From Candidatus Firestoneibacteriota bacterium (lineage in GTDB: Bacteria > Oederibacteriota > D2-FULL-39-29 > CAIOVX01): a stretch of 51,694 bases of DNA. The translations under genes and the position numbers were made by a program. The notes under the pieces were generated by a model. It had not been told where the DNA came from and searched no databases. It saw only the letters and a program-made list of their open reading frames with translations. Location: NCBI GenBank assembly GCA_903916325.1, contig CAIWWK010000045.1, positions 1 through 51,694 of the forward strand. Direction: 5' to 3'. Position 1 is the first letter of the stretch; each line of letters starts with the position of its first letter. Of the stretch, positions 16,162-24,738 are shown one piece after another.

Positions 16162-17098
16162 CGCCAAAATAAAGGTGTTCGGCGGCACTGCAAATCCTGA
16201 TCTTACAAAGAAGATATGCAGGCATCTCCGCGTAAAGGAAAGCAGGATAAGCATAAAGAAATTTCCGGACGGCGAGATTTGGGCGAAGATTGATGAGAAC
16301 GTCCGCGGGGCCGACTGCTATCTGATACAGCCGACCAGCGCTCCGGTTAATGAAACGCTTATGGAACTGCTTCTGATGATAGACGCTTTCAAGCGGTCTT
16401 CCGCAAAAAGAATAACAGCGGTAATTCCATACTATGGTTACGCGAGGCAGGACAGGAAAGATCAGCCAAGGGTGGCCATCAGCGCGAAGCTTGTGGCAAA
16501 CCTTTTGACATCGGCCGGCGCGAGCCGGGTGGTTGCGATGGATTTGCACGCGGCCCAGCTCCAGGGTTTCTTTGACATCCCCTGCGATCATTTGCAGGCG
16601 GAACCGGTGCTGACAAGGTACTTTGCCGGGAAAAAGATAGCTAACCTCGCGATTTGCGCTTCAGATATGGGCGGGGTTAAGATGGCCCGGAGTTTCGCCG
16701 AGAGACTGGGCTGCCCGGTTGCAATAGTTGACAAGAGACGCTACGGCTCTACTCATGTGGAAGCTCTTAACCTTATTGGTGAAGTTACCGGAAAGAATGT
16801 TCTTATCCCGGATGATATGATCTCTACGGCGGGTACGATGTGCGAAGCCGCTCTCTTCCTCAAGAAGAAAGGCGCGAAAGATGTTTACGCCTGCTGCACG
16901 CATCCGGTGCTTTCAGGAAGCGCAGTTGAGAAACTAAACAACTCGGTGATCAAAGAAGTTGTTGTCACTGACACCATACCTCTCAACGAGGCGGCTAAGG
17001 CCATACATAAAATAAAGGTTGTTTCTGTGGCAGAAGTTCTGGGGGAAGCCATCAGGAGCATTCATAATGAAACATCGGTCAGCAGGTTGTTCAGGTGA
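16154..17098 (+). CDS. prs: Ribose-phosphate pyrophosphokinase
   Basis: YYGYARQDRK and DLHA.Q.QGFF motifs, a PRPP-binding loop, and conserved glmU-prs-ctc-pth order. Confidence 0.9.
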   Translation: MFDAKIKVFGGTANPDLTKKICRHLRVKESRISIKKFPDGEIWAKIDENVRGADCYLIQPTSAPVNETLMELLLMIDAFKRSSAKRITAVIPYYGYARQDRKDQPRVAISAKLVANLLTSAGASRVVAMDLHAAQLQGFFDIPCDHLQAEPVLTRYFAGKKIANLAICASDMGGVKMARSFAERLGCPVAIVDKRRYGSTHVEALNLIGEVTGKNVLIPDDMISTAGTMCEAALFLKKKGAKDVYACCTHPVLSGSAVEKLNNSVIKEVVVTDTIPLNEAAKAIHKIKVVSVAEVLGEAIRSIHNETSVSRLFR

Positions 17099-17153
17099 TT
17101 GAAACCGGTCATTTGTTATAATCAGTGCGATCAGATAAAATTGGAGGAAGTAA

Positions 17154-17885
17154 ATGGAAAAAGTTGATCTGGCAGCTAAAATAAGGGAGAGCAAAGGCAA
17201 AGGGGCGGCCCACAAGTCGCGCGCTGAGGCTTTTGTTCCGGCGGTTCTTTATGGGAAGAAAAGGGAACCGGAGATGCTCACGCTGGTAGCCAAGGACCTT
17301 CAGAAGATTATACATTCCAAAGCCGGAATGAATATGCTGCTGAACGTCAAGATTGATGGCAAAAGCGAAGAGATGGCTATGCTCAAGGAAGTTCAGGTCC
17401 ATCCGGTCAGCGGGACCCTGATACACGTTGACCTGTATTCTGTCAATATGAACGAGCCGATCGACGTTAAGGTCCCGGTGATTATAAAGGGCGAAGCACC
17501 GGGCGTAAAACTCGGAGGTATACTCGAGTTCCACCTGCGCGAAATAGACATCAAATGTCTGCCCGCGAAACTTCCGGATTCCATTGAAGTAGACATTTCC
17601 GCGTTAAATCTCGGCGACACCGTCCATGTTAAGGACCTTAAGGTCGCGGAAGGCGTAACTATCAAGGATGACCTTAACGAGACAGTTCTTCTTGTCTCAA
17701 TACCTCAGGTTGAGGAAGAAGTTGCTGCTCCCGCTGAAGGCGCTCCTACCGGCCCTGAAGTTATCGGCGAGAAGGAACGCGAAGAAAAGAAAGCTGCTGC
17801 TGAATCGGAAAAAGGCGGAGGAGCGAAACCTGAAGCCAAAGCCGAAGGCAAGGGCGAGGGAAAGAAAGAAGATTCCAAGAAGTAA
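17154..17885 (+). CDS. rplY: 50S ribosomal protein L25 / general stress protein Ctc
   Basis: The N-terminal L25 domain (RESKGKGAAHKSRAEAFVPAVLYG) is followed by the Ctc beta-barrel domain and a K/E/A-rich tail. Confidence 0.9.
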   Translation: MEKVDLAAKIRESKGKGAAHKSRAEAFVPAVLYGKKREPEMLTLVAKDLQKIIHSKAGMNMLLNVKIDGKSEEMAMLKEVQVHPVSGTLIHVDLYSVNMNEPIDVKVPVIIKGEAPGVKLGGILEFHLREIDIKCLPAKLPDSIEVDISALNLGDTVHVKDLKVAEGVTIKDDLNETVLLVSIPQVEEEVAAPAEGAPTGPEVIGEKEREEKKAAAESEKGGGAKPEAKAEGKGEGKKEDSKK

Positions 17886-17911
17886 TATAAATAAATCGGA
17901 ACGGCAGGCTA

Positions 17912-18460
17912 ATGAAACTTATTATCGGCCTCGGGAATCCCGGGAAAGAATATATCGGGACGCGGCATAACGCCGGTTTCGACGCAATTGACTCGCTTGC
18001 GGGTATCCTGAATATCAAGGTGACAAGAGAAGAATGTTTCGCGGTTCTTGGCGGGAACGGCTCAGTCGTTCTCGCCAAGCCGCAAACTTTTATGAATTTA
18101 AGCGGCGAAGCTGCCGTCTGCCTCTCAAAAAAATTCTCCGCTGCTGCAAATGAAATTATCCTGCTTCATGACGAGCTGGACCTGCCGCTTGGAACCATAC
18201 GCATAAAACAGGGCGGCGGCAGCGCCGGGCACAAGGGTATTCAATCCTGCATAGAAAAACTCGGGACGAACGAATTTACCAGGATTCGCATAGGCATATC
18301 TTCGCTCGATAAAAAAACTGATACGGTGAGTTTTGTCCTTTCCAAGTTCAACAAAGAAGAAAAAGAGACCTACCTGAAATCTATTGAGCAGGCATCCTTG
18401 GCGGCGCAACTTTTGCTCACAGCAACTGTTGAAGAGGCCATGAATAGGTTCAACAGATGA
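17912..18460 (+). CDS. pth: Peptidyl-tRNA hydrolase
   Basis: MKLIIGLGNPGKEY..TRHNAGF signature. Confidence 0.9.
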   Translation: MKLIIGLGNPGKEYIGTRHNAGFDAIDSLAGILNIKVTREECFAVLGGNGSVVLAKPQTFMNLSGEAAVCLSKKFSAAANEIILLHDELDLPLGTIRIKQGGGSAGHKGIQSCIEKLGTNEFTRIRIGISSLDKKTDTVSFVLSKFNKEEKETYLKSIEQASLAAQLLLTATVEEAMNRFNR

Positions 18461-18786
18461 AAAAAAACGCCAAAGCAGCGGTTATTGCTCTCGGAGTACT
18501 TCTTGCGGCCCTGACAGCTCTTCTCCTGGCGCCGGTTAGCTGTTATAGGGTAAGCTCGCCGGCTTCCTTGCCGGCTTTTTCGAAGAGCTACGCCCTGACA
18601 AATATTAATACCGCGACGTTTAAAGAACTCGAAGCGGCTGCGGGTATTGGTCCGGTAACGGCTGCAAGAATAATAAGCTACCGCGAGAAACACGGGCCTT
18701 TTGAGAAGATGGAAGATTTGGGCTCGGTTGACGGGCTGACTCCGGCGCTGCTGGAAAAGCTTAAAGCCGGTTTTAAAACGGAATAA
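18457..18786 (+). CDS. comEA: ComEA-like helix-hairpin-helix DNA-binding protein with an N-terminal membrane anchor
   Basis: [40 protein letters not shown] is the classical ComEA HhH block. ATGA overlap with pth. Confidence 0.8.
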   Translation: MKKNAKAAVIALGVLLAALTALLLAPVSCYRVSSPASLPAFSKSYALTNINTATFKELEAAAGIGPVTAARIISYREKHGPFEKMEDLGSVDGLTPALLEKLKAGFKTE

Positions 18787-18788
18787 AA

Positions 18789-19754
18789 ATGACAATAAAC
18801 GAACAAATAGTCGGGAAAAGCCAGGTTATAAAAAAAGTATTTAATGCCGTGTCAAGGGTGGCGCCGACCGACAGCACAGTCCTTATCACCGGCGAGACCG
18901 GCTCCGGAAAAGAAGTCATGGCTAACGCCATCCACAGGTTAAGCAAGCGGGCGGACGCTCCGTTTGTCGCTCTAAATTGTTCGGCTATCCCTGAAACCCT
19001 TCTGGAAAGCGAACTCTTCGGTTATAAAAAAGGCGCGTTCACCGGCGCGAACGCCGACAAAAAGGGGTTGCTTGAAGAGGCAAACCTGGGAACGCTTTTC
19101 CTCGATGAGATAGGTGATATGAACCTTTCCCTCCAGGCAAAGCTCCTGCGTGTTCTTGATGACGGACAGGTAAGGCGCGTCGGCGACACGGAAAACAAGA
19201 AAGTAAATGTAAGAATAATTGCGGCGACAAACAAGGATCTAAGAAAAGAGATAGAGGCCGGCAGATTCCGCGAGGACTTGTTTTTCAGGCTTAACGTTGT
19301 AATGCTTAATATCCCGCCCCTGCGCGACAGGAAGGAAGATATCCCCGCGCTTATCAGATCTTTCCTCGAGAAATATAATGAAGAAAGCGGAAAAGACGTG
19401 CTCCGCATATCCGATGAAGCGCTCGCCGTTCTGATGAATTACGATTACCCCGGCAATGTGCGCGAGCTGCAGAATACCATTAAGCACGCGGTAGTCTTTT
19501 CTGACAACAATATAATTACAAAAGCCGCTCTGCCGCCGTCCATTCCGGGGCAGCCGCTGCTTTCTTCCGGCGGGTCCTCTTCGGGCGACTCTGTCATCAG
19601 AGGCGGAAAATTCGTTAAGATATCGGAGATAGAGAAGAAGCTTATTTCCGAGACGCTTTCCCTAACCGGCAACAACCATACCGTAGCGGCAAGGTATCTC
19701 GGAATCTCGCGTTCAACTTTGTGGCGGAAAATGAAAGAGTATGGCCTAGAATGA
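18789..19754 (+). CDS. Sigma-54-dependent transcriptional activator with an AAA+ domain and Fis-type HTH only (no sensor or receiver domain)
   Basis: Walker A GETGSGKE, the GAFTGA loop (KKGAFTGA), Walker B LFLDEIG, and the C-terminal [23 protein letters not shown]. The AAA+ domain starts within about 10 residues of the N-terminus. Confidence 0.85.
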   Translation: MTINEQIVGKSQVIKKVFNAVSRVAPTDSTVLITGETGSGKEVMANAIHRLSKRADAPFVALNCSAIPETLLESELFGYKKGAFTGANADKKGLLEEANLGTLFLDEIGDMNLSLQAKLLRVLDDGQVRRVGDTENKKVNVRIIAATNKDLRKEIEAGRFREDLFFRLNVVMLNIPPLRDRKEDIPALIRSFLEKYNEESGKDVLRISDEALAVLMNYDYPGNVRELQNTIKHAVVFSDNNIITKAALPPSIPGQPLLSSGGSSSGDSVIRGGKFVKISEIEKKLISETLSLTGNNHTVAARYLGISRSTLWRKMKEYGLE

Positions 19755-19933
19755 CTTCAGTCGATTACGCTGATTAGAAAGACAGATTACGCAGATTAGG
19801 AATTGATTTGACCTTGTCTGTTGGTAAGCGCGCGGAGGGCCGCAATGAAGGCGAAAAAATTACAAAAAGAAGTCGTAACATTAAAAGACGGAAGATACTT
19901 GATTTACTACTCCTGGGCTAAGGGGAGTGAAGG

Positions 19934-20041
19934 CAGAGGGTCAGAGGGTCAGAAGGTTAGATGCTTAAGAGCAGAGGACGGAGGGCAGAAGGCAGAAGAC
20001 GAAAGACAGAGGACAGAAGACAGAGGGCAGAGGGCAGAAGA
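19934..20041. repeat. Purine-rich heptad array (CAGARGR), with 10 in-phase units at 19972-20041 and 3 looser units at 19934-19956
   Basis: Read directly: cagagga cggaggg cagaagg cagaaga cgaaaga cagagga cagaaga cagaggg cagaggg cagaaga. There is no T in the phased block. Confidence 0.85.
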
Positions 20042-20102
20042 CCGTAAAGCTTAACCGGAATAATTGAAGACAGGATTACAAGAATTTTAACAGGGGGCGG
20101 CA

Positions 20103-21038
20103 ATGGCGGCTAAAGAGCGCGTGGTTGTCACAGGCGGGGCGGGATTTATAGGGTCTCATATAACGGATATGCTTGTGGAGAAGGGTTATGAGGTCCTGGT
20201 GATAGATGATCTAAGCAGCGGGAAGAAAGAGAACATTAACCCGAAAGCCAAGTTCACGCAGGTTGATATCGCTTCTCCCGCACTGCTTCCGGTTTTGAAG
20301 AAATTCTTACCGCATTATATAATTCACGAAGCCGCCCAGATCAGCGTTTCCAGGTCTGTCAGGCTCCCTTTGGAGGACGCCCGCATTAACATCACCGGCG
20401 CGCTGAACCTGCTGGACTGCGCCGCCAGAAACAAGGTGAAGAAATTCATTTTTGCCTCTTCCGGCGGTACTGTCTATGGCGGCCGCGCGAAGTGTCCTGC
20501 AAACGAATTCTCTCCTCTGGACCCGGATTCTCCCTACGGCATTTCAAAAGCGGTTATGGAATGGTATCTCAGGTTCTATCTCACTGAGTACGGGTTGCGG
20601 TATACGGCGCTGCGTTATTCCAACGTTTACGGCCCGAGGCAGGACCCTCACGGAGAGGCCGGGGTGGTTGCTATTTTTTGCAGGAAACTGCTGTCCGGAG
20701 AAACCTGCGTGATTAACGGCGACGGAAAGTACATAAGGGACTATGTTTATTGCAAAGATGTCGCGAGGGCAAACCTCTTGGCGCTTAAGTCTGCGGCGAC
20801 AGGCGGGTTCAATATCGGCACAGGTATTGCCACCGATGTTAACCAACTTTACTCTAAAATAAATAAAGTGCTTGGGGTAAAGACCAAACCGAAGTACGGG
20901 CCGCACCGGGCGGGAGATATCAGGAAGAGCCTGCTCGACTGGGGTAAAGCAAAAAAAGTGCTGGGCTGGGAACCTCTCACAGGCATAGACGTGGGAATTG
21001 GCGAGACGGCGGAATTCTTTAAATCCGAAAGGAACTGA
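20103..21038 (+). CDS. galE: UDP-glucose 4-epimerase-like NAD-dependent epimerase (SDR family)
   Basis: VVVTGGAGFIGSH Rossmann motif and YGISK (YxxxK). Sits directly upstream of galT-galK. Confidence 0.75.
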   Translation: MAAKERVVVTGGAGFIGSHITDMLVEKGYEVLVIDDLSSGKKENINPKAKFTQVDIASPALLPVLKKFLPHYIIHEAAQISVSRSVRLPLEDARINITGALNLLDCAARNKVKKFIFASSGGTVYGGRAKCPANEFSPLDPDSPYGISKAVMEWYLRFYLTEYGLRYTALRYSNVYGPRQDPHGEAGVVAIFCRKLLSGETCVINGDGKYIRDYVYCKDVARANLLALKSAATGGFNIGTGIATDVNQLYSKINKVLGVKTKPKYGPHRAGDIRKSLLDWGKAKKVLGWEPLTGIDVGIGETAEFFKSERN

Positions 21039-21067
21039 AAAGGGATAACGTTTCCCGAGGAACGCAA

Positions 21068-22057
21068 ATGTCCGAACTCAGATGGAATCCAATGATGGAG
21101 GAGTGGGTAATTACTGCCACTCACAGGCAGGACCGCACTTTTCTGCCGCCTGCCGGCTTTTGCCCTCTCTGCCCGACTAAAAAGGGAAAGTTTCCGACAG
21201 AAATACCGGTGGAAAGTTTTGAGATTGCCGTCTTTGAGAACAAGTTCCCGTCTCTTCAGCGGAACGCGCCTGTTCCGGCGGTAAAACCAACAAAACTCTC
21301 CCCTGTTAAACCTGCGGAAGGTATCTGTGAGGTTGTCGTTTTCACCTCGAAACACGCCGCTACGCTCGCCGGTCAGCCGCTTGACGATATATATAAACTG
21401 GTAAAGGTCTGGAAGGACAGATATGAGGAACTTGGGCGCAGGAATTTCGTTGAATATGTCTTTATCTTTGAGAACAAAGGAGAGGCAAACGGGGTTACAC
21501 TTCATCACCCGCACGGCCAGATTTATGCTTTCCCGTATATCCCGCCAAAAATAGAGAAAGAACTTTCGGCCGCCAAAAAACACAAGAGGAAGACAGGGCG
21601 CTGTCTTTTCTGCGATATACTTAAAGCGGAAAAGAAAGACGCCAAAAGGATTGTTTGCGAGAACAAAGAAATGACGGCTTTCATTCCCTTTTATGCCAGG
21701 TACCCTTACGAAGTTCATATTATGTCTAAAAAACACCGCGCTTCTCTTGCAGAATTCTCTGAAAAAGAACTGCAGGGTTTCGCGGAAATATTGAAAACAC
21801 TGCTGCTTAAATACGACGGCCTTTTTGGCATTTCTTTCCCATATATTATGGTAATGCACCAGGCGCCAACCGATGGGAAAAAACATGATTCTTTTCACTG
21901 GCACATGGAGTTTTATCCGCCGCTTAGGACCGCGAAGAAACTGAAATATCTTGCCGGGTGCGAGGCGGGAGCGGGTTCATTTATTAACGACACGCTGGCA
22001 GAGGAAAAGGCAGTTGAGTTAAGGAAGATAAAAGTGAGCATAAAGGGAAAAACATGA
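21068..22057 (+). CDS. galT: Galactose-1-phosphate uridylyltransferase
   Basis: CPLCP zinc motif and the HPHGQIYAF (HxHxQ) active site. Confidence 0.9.
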   Translation: MSELRWNPMMEEWVITATHRQDRTFLPPAGFCPLCPTKKGKFPTEIPVESFEIAVFENKFPSLQRNAPVPAVKPTKLSPVKPAEGICEVVVFTSKHAATLAGQPLDDIYKLVKVWKDRYEELGRRNFVEYVFIFENKGEANGVTLHHPHGQIYAFPYIPPKIEKELSAAKKHKRKTGRCLFCDILKAEKKDAKRIVCENKEMTAFIPFYARYPYEVHIMSKKHRASLAEFSEKELQGFAEILKTLLLKYDGLFGISFPYIMVMHQAPTDGKKHDSFHWHMEFYPPLRTAKKLKYLAGCEAGAGSFINDTLAEEKAVELRKIKVSIKGKT

Positions 22058-23220
22058 AGGATCATATTGCCGCGTTAAAGAAACGCTTTAAAGAACTCTA
22101 CCCTTCCGCCGGAACACCGCGGTTTTTTGCGGGACCGGGAAGGATAAATGTTATCGGAGGCCACACAGATTACAACCTGGGCTTTGTGCTCCCCTGCGCG
22201 GTTGACAGAGAGATACTGGTTGCGGCTTCGGTCAGGCAGGACGAGGTGTTGTCGTTCTATTCCGTTGATTTAAAAGAGTCCTTTGAAGTGAAACTTGGTT
22301 CTCTTAAGTTCAGCGAAAAAATGAAATGGGCTAACTACCTTATGGGAGTTTTCAGCGTTCTGCTTGAGGACGGATTTCGGCTGAAAGGCATGAACATAGC
22401 ATTCGGCGGAAATATCCCTCAGGGCGGAGGAATGAGTTCCTCCGCGGCTTTGGAAGTGGCCGTTTGCACGGCAGTCCGGGCGATGCAGGACCTTAAACTA
22501 AATGATATTGAACTCGTGAAGTATTGCCAGAAAGCGGAGAACAAATTTGTCGGAGTTATGTGCGGCATTATGGATCAGTTCGCGTCGGCGATGAGCAAAA
22601 AGGGGCACCTGCTTTTTTTGGATTGCGCGGATTTAAGTTTTGAGTTAATCCCAATGAAGTTTACGGACATTTCGTTCTTTATTGCTGACACAAAAAAAGA
22701 ACGCACTCTGGCCGGTTCCGAGTATAATCTCAGAAGACAGCAGTGCACGCAGGCGGCGGAAATATTCAGGAAACTTGACCCAAAAGTCAGGGGCCTGCGG
22801 GATGTGAGCATTGAAGAGTTTGAAACAAACAAGGATAAGGTCCCTCTGCCGGCGCGTAAAAGGGCGGAGCATGTGATTTACGAGATAGACAGGGTGAAGA
22901 AAGCCGCGCAGGCTCTGAAAAGGAACGATCTCGAAGCAATAGGGGTTATACAGCGCGAATCGTTTCGCAGCATGAGGGATACTTTTGAAATAAGCTGCCC
23001 GGAAATAAACGCGATGGCGGAAATATCCGATAGTGTGAATGGCGTTTACGGGACTAGGATTATCGGAGGGGGTTTTGGAGGCTGCACCATCAGCATAGTA
23101 AAGAATTCCTCGATAAAGGAACTTGAAGGCAAATTACTTAGAGAGTATCCTAAAAAAACAGGTTTGACGCCAGAATTCTGGGTTGTCAATTCCGCCGACG
23201 GCGCCAGGGAAGTTTTCTGA
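22054..23220 (+). CDS. galK: Galactokinase
   Basis: GRINVIGGHTDYN galactokinase signature and GGGMSSSAALEVA GHMP motif. ATGA overlap with galT. Confidence 0.9.
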   Translation: MKDHIAALKKRFKELYPSAGTPRFFAGPGRINVIGGHTDYNLGFVLPCAVDREILVAASVRQDEVLSFYSVDLKESFEVKLGSLKFSEKMKWANYLMGVFSVLLEDGFRLKGMNIAFGGNIPQGGGMSSSAALEVAVCTAVRAMQDLKLNDIELVKYCQKAENKFVGVMCGIMDQFASAMSKKGHLLFLDCADLSFELIPMKFTDISFFIADTKKERTLAGSEYNLRRQQCTQAAEIFRKLDPKVRGLRDVSIEEFETNKDKVPLPARKRAEHVIYEIDRVKKAAQALKRNDLEAIGVIQRESFRSMRDTFEISCPEINAMAEISDSVNGVYGTRIIGGGFGGCTISIVKNSSIKELEGKLLREYPKKTGLTPEFWVVNSADGAREVF

Positions 23221-23341
23221 GCTATCAGCTTAAGCTTGAAGGAAATCAGAAGAAACTTGTTTATAATAGTGAAAGGAAAAGCAAATAGTGCTAAATTATC
23301 AGTAGTTTCACGCGCCCGGAGGCGCAAAAAAAGGAGGATAT

Positions 23342-23941
23342 ATGAAGAAGTTAATGCTGGCTGCTGCGGTTCTGGTTCTGGTTTTTGGTTTGGCTATCGC
23401 GAAGAAAGCAAATGTTATGAATGTAGAAAAGGGAGAACTTCCCAATGATGTCGGGGGAGGGGTTATCGTCAATCTTTCGGAAGAAGTTGCATTCAGCAAG
23501 GGCGGCGTAAGCTTAAAGGTGGAAGCGCCAAAATATCCGTCTGAGACTGCTGTCTATTTTGGGGAATACCAGCCTAAAAAAGGCGTTTGGGACGGATTTG
23601 ACTATTTAAGATTTGAGTATTCAAATCCGGGCAAGGCTCCAGTGGGGATGATTCTCACGGTTAAGCCAACGGGGAGTGATTATCAGAGCAGATTTGACCA
23701 GCCGCTTATGTTTGCTCCCGGCAAGCATGCTATAGAAGTTGAACTTACCGGAGCCTGCTCCAACAATGGCGCTGCGATAGACTGGAAGAAAAAGCTGGTA
23801 CAGTGGAACATTAACGGGAAACTGAATGGACCGCTGTATATCGGGAACGTACAGCTTTTGGGCGCGGATGATCTTGAGAAACTGAACGGCGGCGGTGACG
23901 ATAAGCCTGCAAAGTCAGACGCAAAACCTGAAAAAAAGTAA
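23342..23941 (+). CDS. Secreted hypothetical protein, tandem paralog 1 of 3
   Basis: Signal peptide (..GLAIA|KKA), a conserved ~150-aa core shared with the next two genes, a K/D-rich tail and a strong SD (aaaggagg). Confidence 0.8.
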   Translation: MKKLMLAAAVLVLVFGLAIAKKANVMNVEKGELPNDVGGGVIVNLSEEVAFSKGGVSLKVEAPKYPSETAVYFGEYQPKKGVWDGFDYLRFEYSNPGKAPVGMILTVKPTGSDYQSRFDQPLMFAPGKHAIEVELTGACSNNGAAIDWKKKLVQWNINGKLNGPLYIGNVQLLGADDLEKLNGGGDDKPAKSDAKPEKK

Positions 23942-24001
23942 GAGCAAGAACAGATTTTGCATTATTATCAAAATAACCCGCAAGTTTAGAAAGGAGGCAG
24001 C

Positions 24002-24598
24002 ATGAAAAGGAAGACAGCTTTTTTAGCAGTGTTATTGCTGGTTTCCACATTGGCTTTTGCAAAAAAAGCGAATGTGATGAATGTAGAGAAAGGAGAGCTT
24101 CCGAGCGATGTAAGCAAATGCACGGTCAATCTGTCCGAAGAAAATGCCTTTACCAAGGGGGGTGTTTCCCTGAAGGTTGATTCGTCGACATACCCTGTCT
24201 CATGCGCTTTCGGCGAATTCCAGCCAAAAAAGAGTGTATGGGATGGTTTTGATTATCTCAGATTTGAATATTTCAATCCCGGTAAGACTCCAATGGGTCT
24301 TATTATGACCATAAAACCTGAGGGAAGCGATTATCAGACCAGGTTTGACCAGCCTTTGATGTTTGCTCCCGGCAAGCACGCTATTGAGATCGAACTTACG
24401 GGCGCGTGCTCCAATAACGGGCAGGCGATTGACTGGAAAAAGAAACTAAAACAATGGTACATAAACGGCAATTTGACAGGACCAATCTACATAGGCAATG
24501 TGCAGCTGATGGGCGCGGATGATCTTGACAAACTGAACGGCGGCGGTGACGATAAGCCGGCTAAAACTGATAAGAAAGCGGAAAAGAAATCAGAGTAA
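24002..24598 (+). CDS. Secreted hypothetical protein, tandem paralog 2 of 3
   Basis: Same architecture as paralog 1. Carries two extra cysteines, one in each of the two variable patches. Confidence 0.8.
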   Translation: MKRKTAFLAVLLLVSTLAFAKKANVMNVEKGELPSDVSKCTVNLSEENAFTKGGVSLKVDSSTYPVSCAFGEFQPKKSVWDGFDYLRFEYFNPGKTPMGLIMTIKPEGSDYQTRFDQPLMFAPGKHAIEIELTGACSNNGQAIDWKKKLKQWYINGNLTGPIYIGNVQLMGADDLDKLNGGGDDKPAKTDKKAEKKSE

Positions 24599-24618
24599 AG
24601 CGTGCTGTTGGATCTATT

Positions 24619-24652
24619 AAAAGGGCCGTGGATTTCCACGGCCCTTTTTTTT
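24619..24652 (+). terminator. Rho-independent terminator after paralog 2
   Basis: A 9-bp GC-rich stem, gggccgtgg / ccacggccc, followed by T8. Confidence 0.8.
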
Positions 24653-24663
24653 CAAAAAAATGC

Positions 24664-24692
24664 TTGAAAATGCCGGAGAGCAGGGTTACAAT
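24664..24692 (+). promoter_or_regulatory. Candidate sigma-70 promoter (TTGAAA-17 nt-TACAAT) for paralog 3
   Basis: Hexamers at 24664-24669 and 24687-24692, located between the terminator and the SD of the third paralog. Confidence 0.45.
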
Positions 24693-24738
24693 TAAACAAT
24701 TCTAATTAATTGCGCCTAACAGGCAAACAGGAGGCAGT

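Noticed and set aside
19821-19844. TTG start at 19821 for the micro-ORF
   Set aside because: No SD precedes it, whereas the ATG at 19845 has ggaggg upstream. The whole ORF is only tentatively coding.
19934-20041. Word arrays as a CRISPR array
   Set aside because: The units are 7-9 nt and directly abutting, there are no 25-40-nt spacers, and no cas genes are present in the window.
20849-21904. 351-aa minus-strand ORF antisense to galE/galT, the longest unexplained ORF in the track
   Set aside because: Across galT it runs in exact codon register with the sense frame, so stops can only arise from sense TTA, CTA or TCA codons, which are rare here. Its F/R/L-rich composition is typical of a shadow of a K/E-rich gene. 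No SD is present, and the sense strand carries unmistakable GalT motifs.
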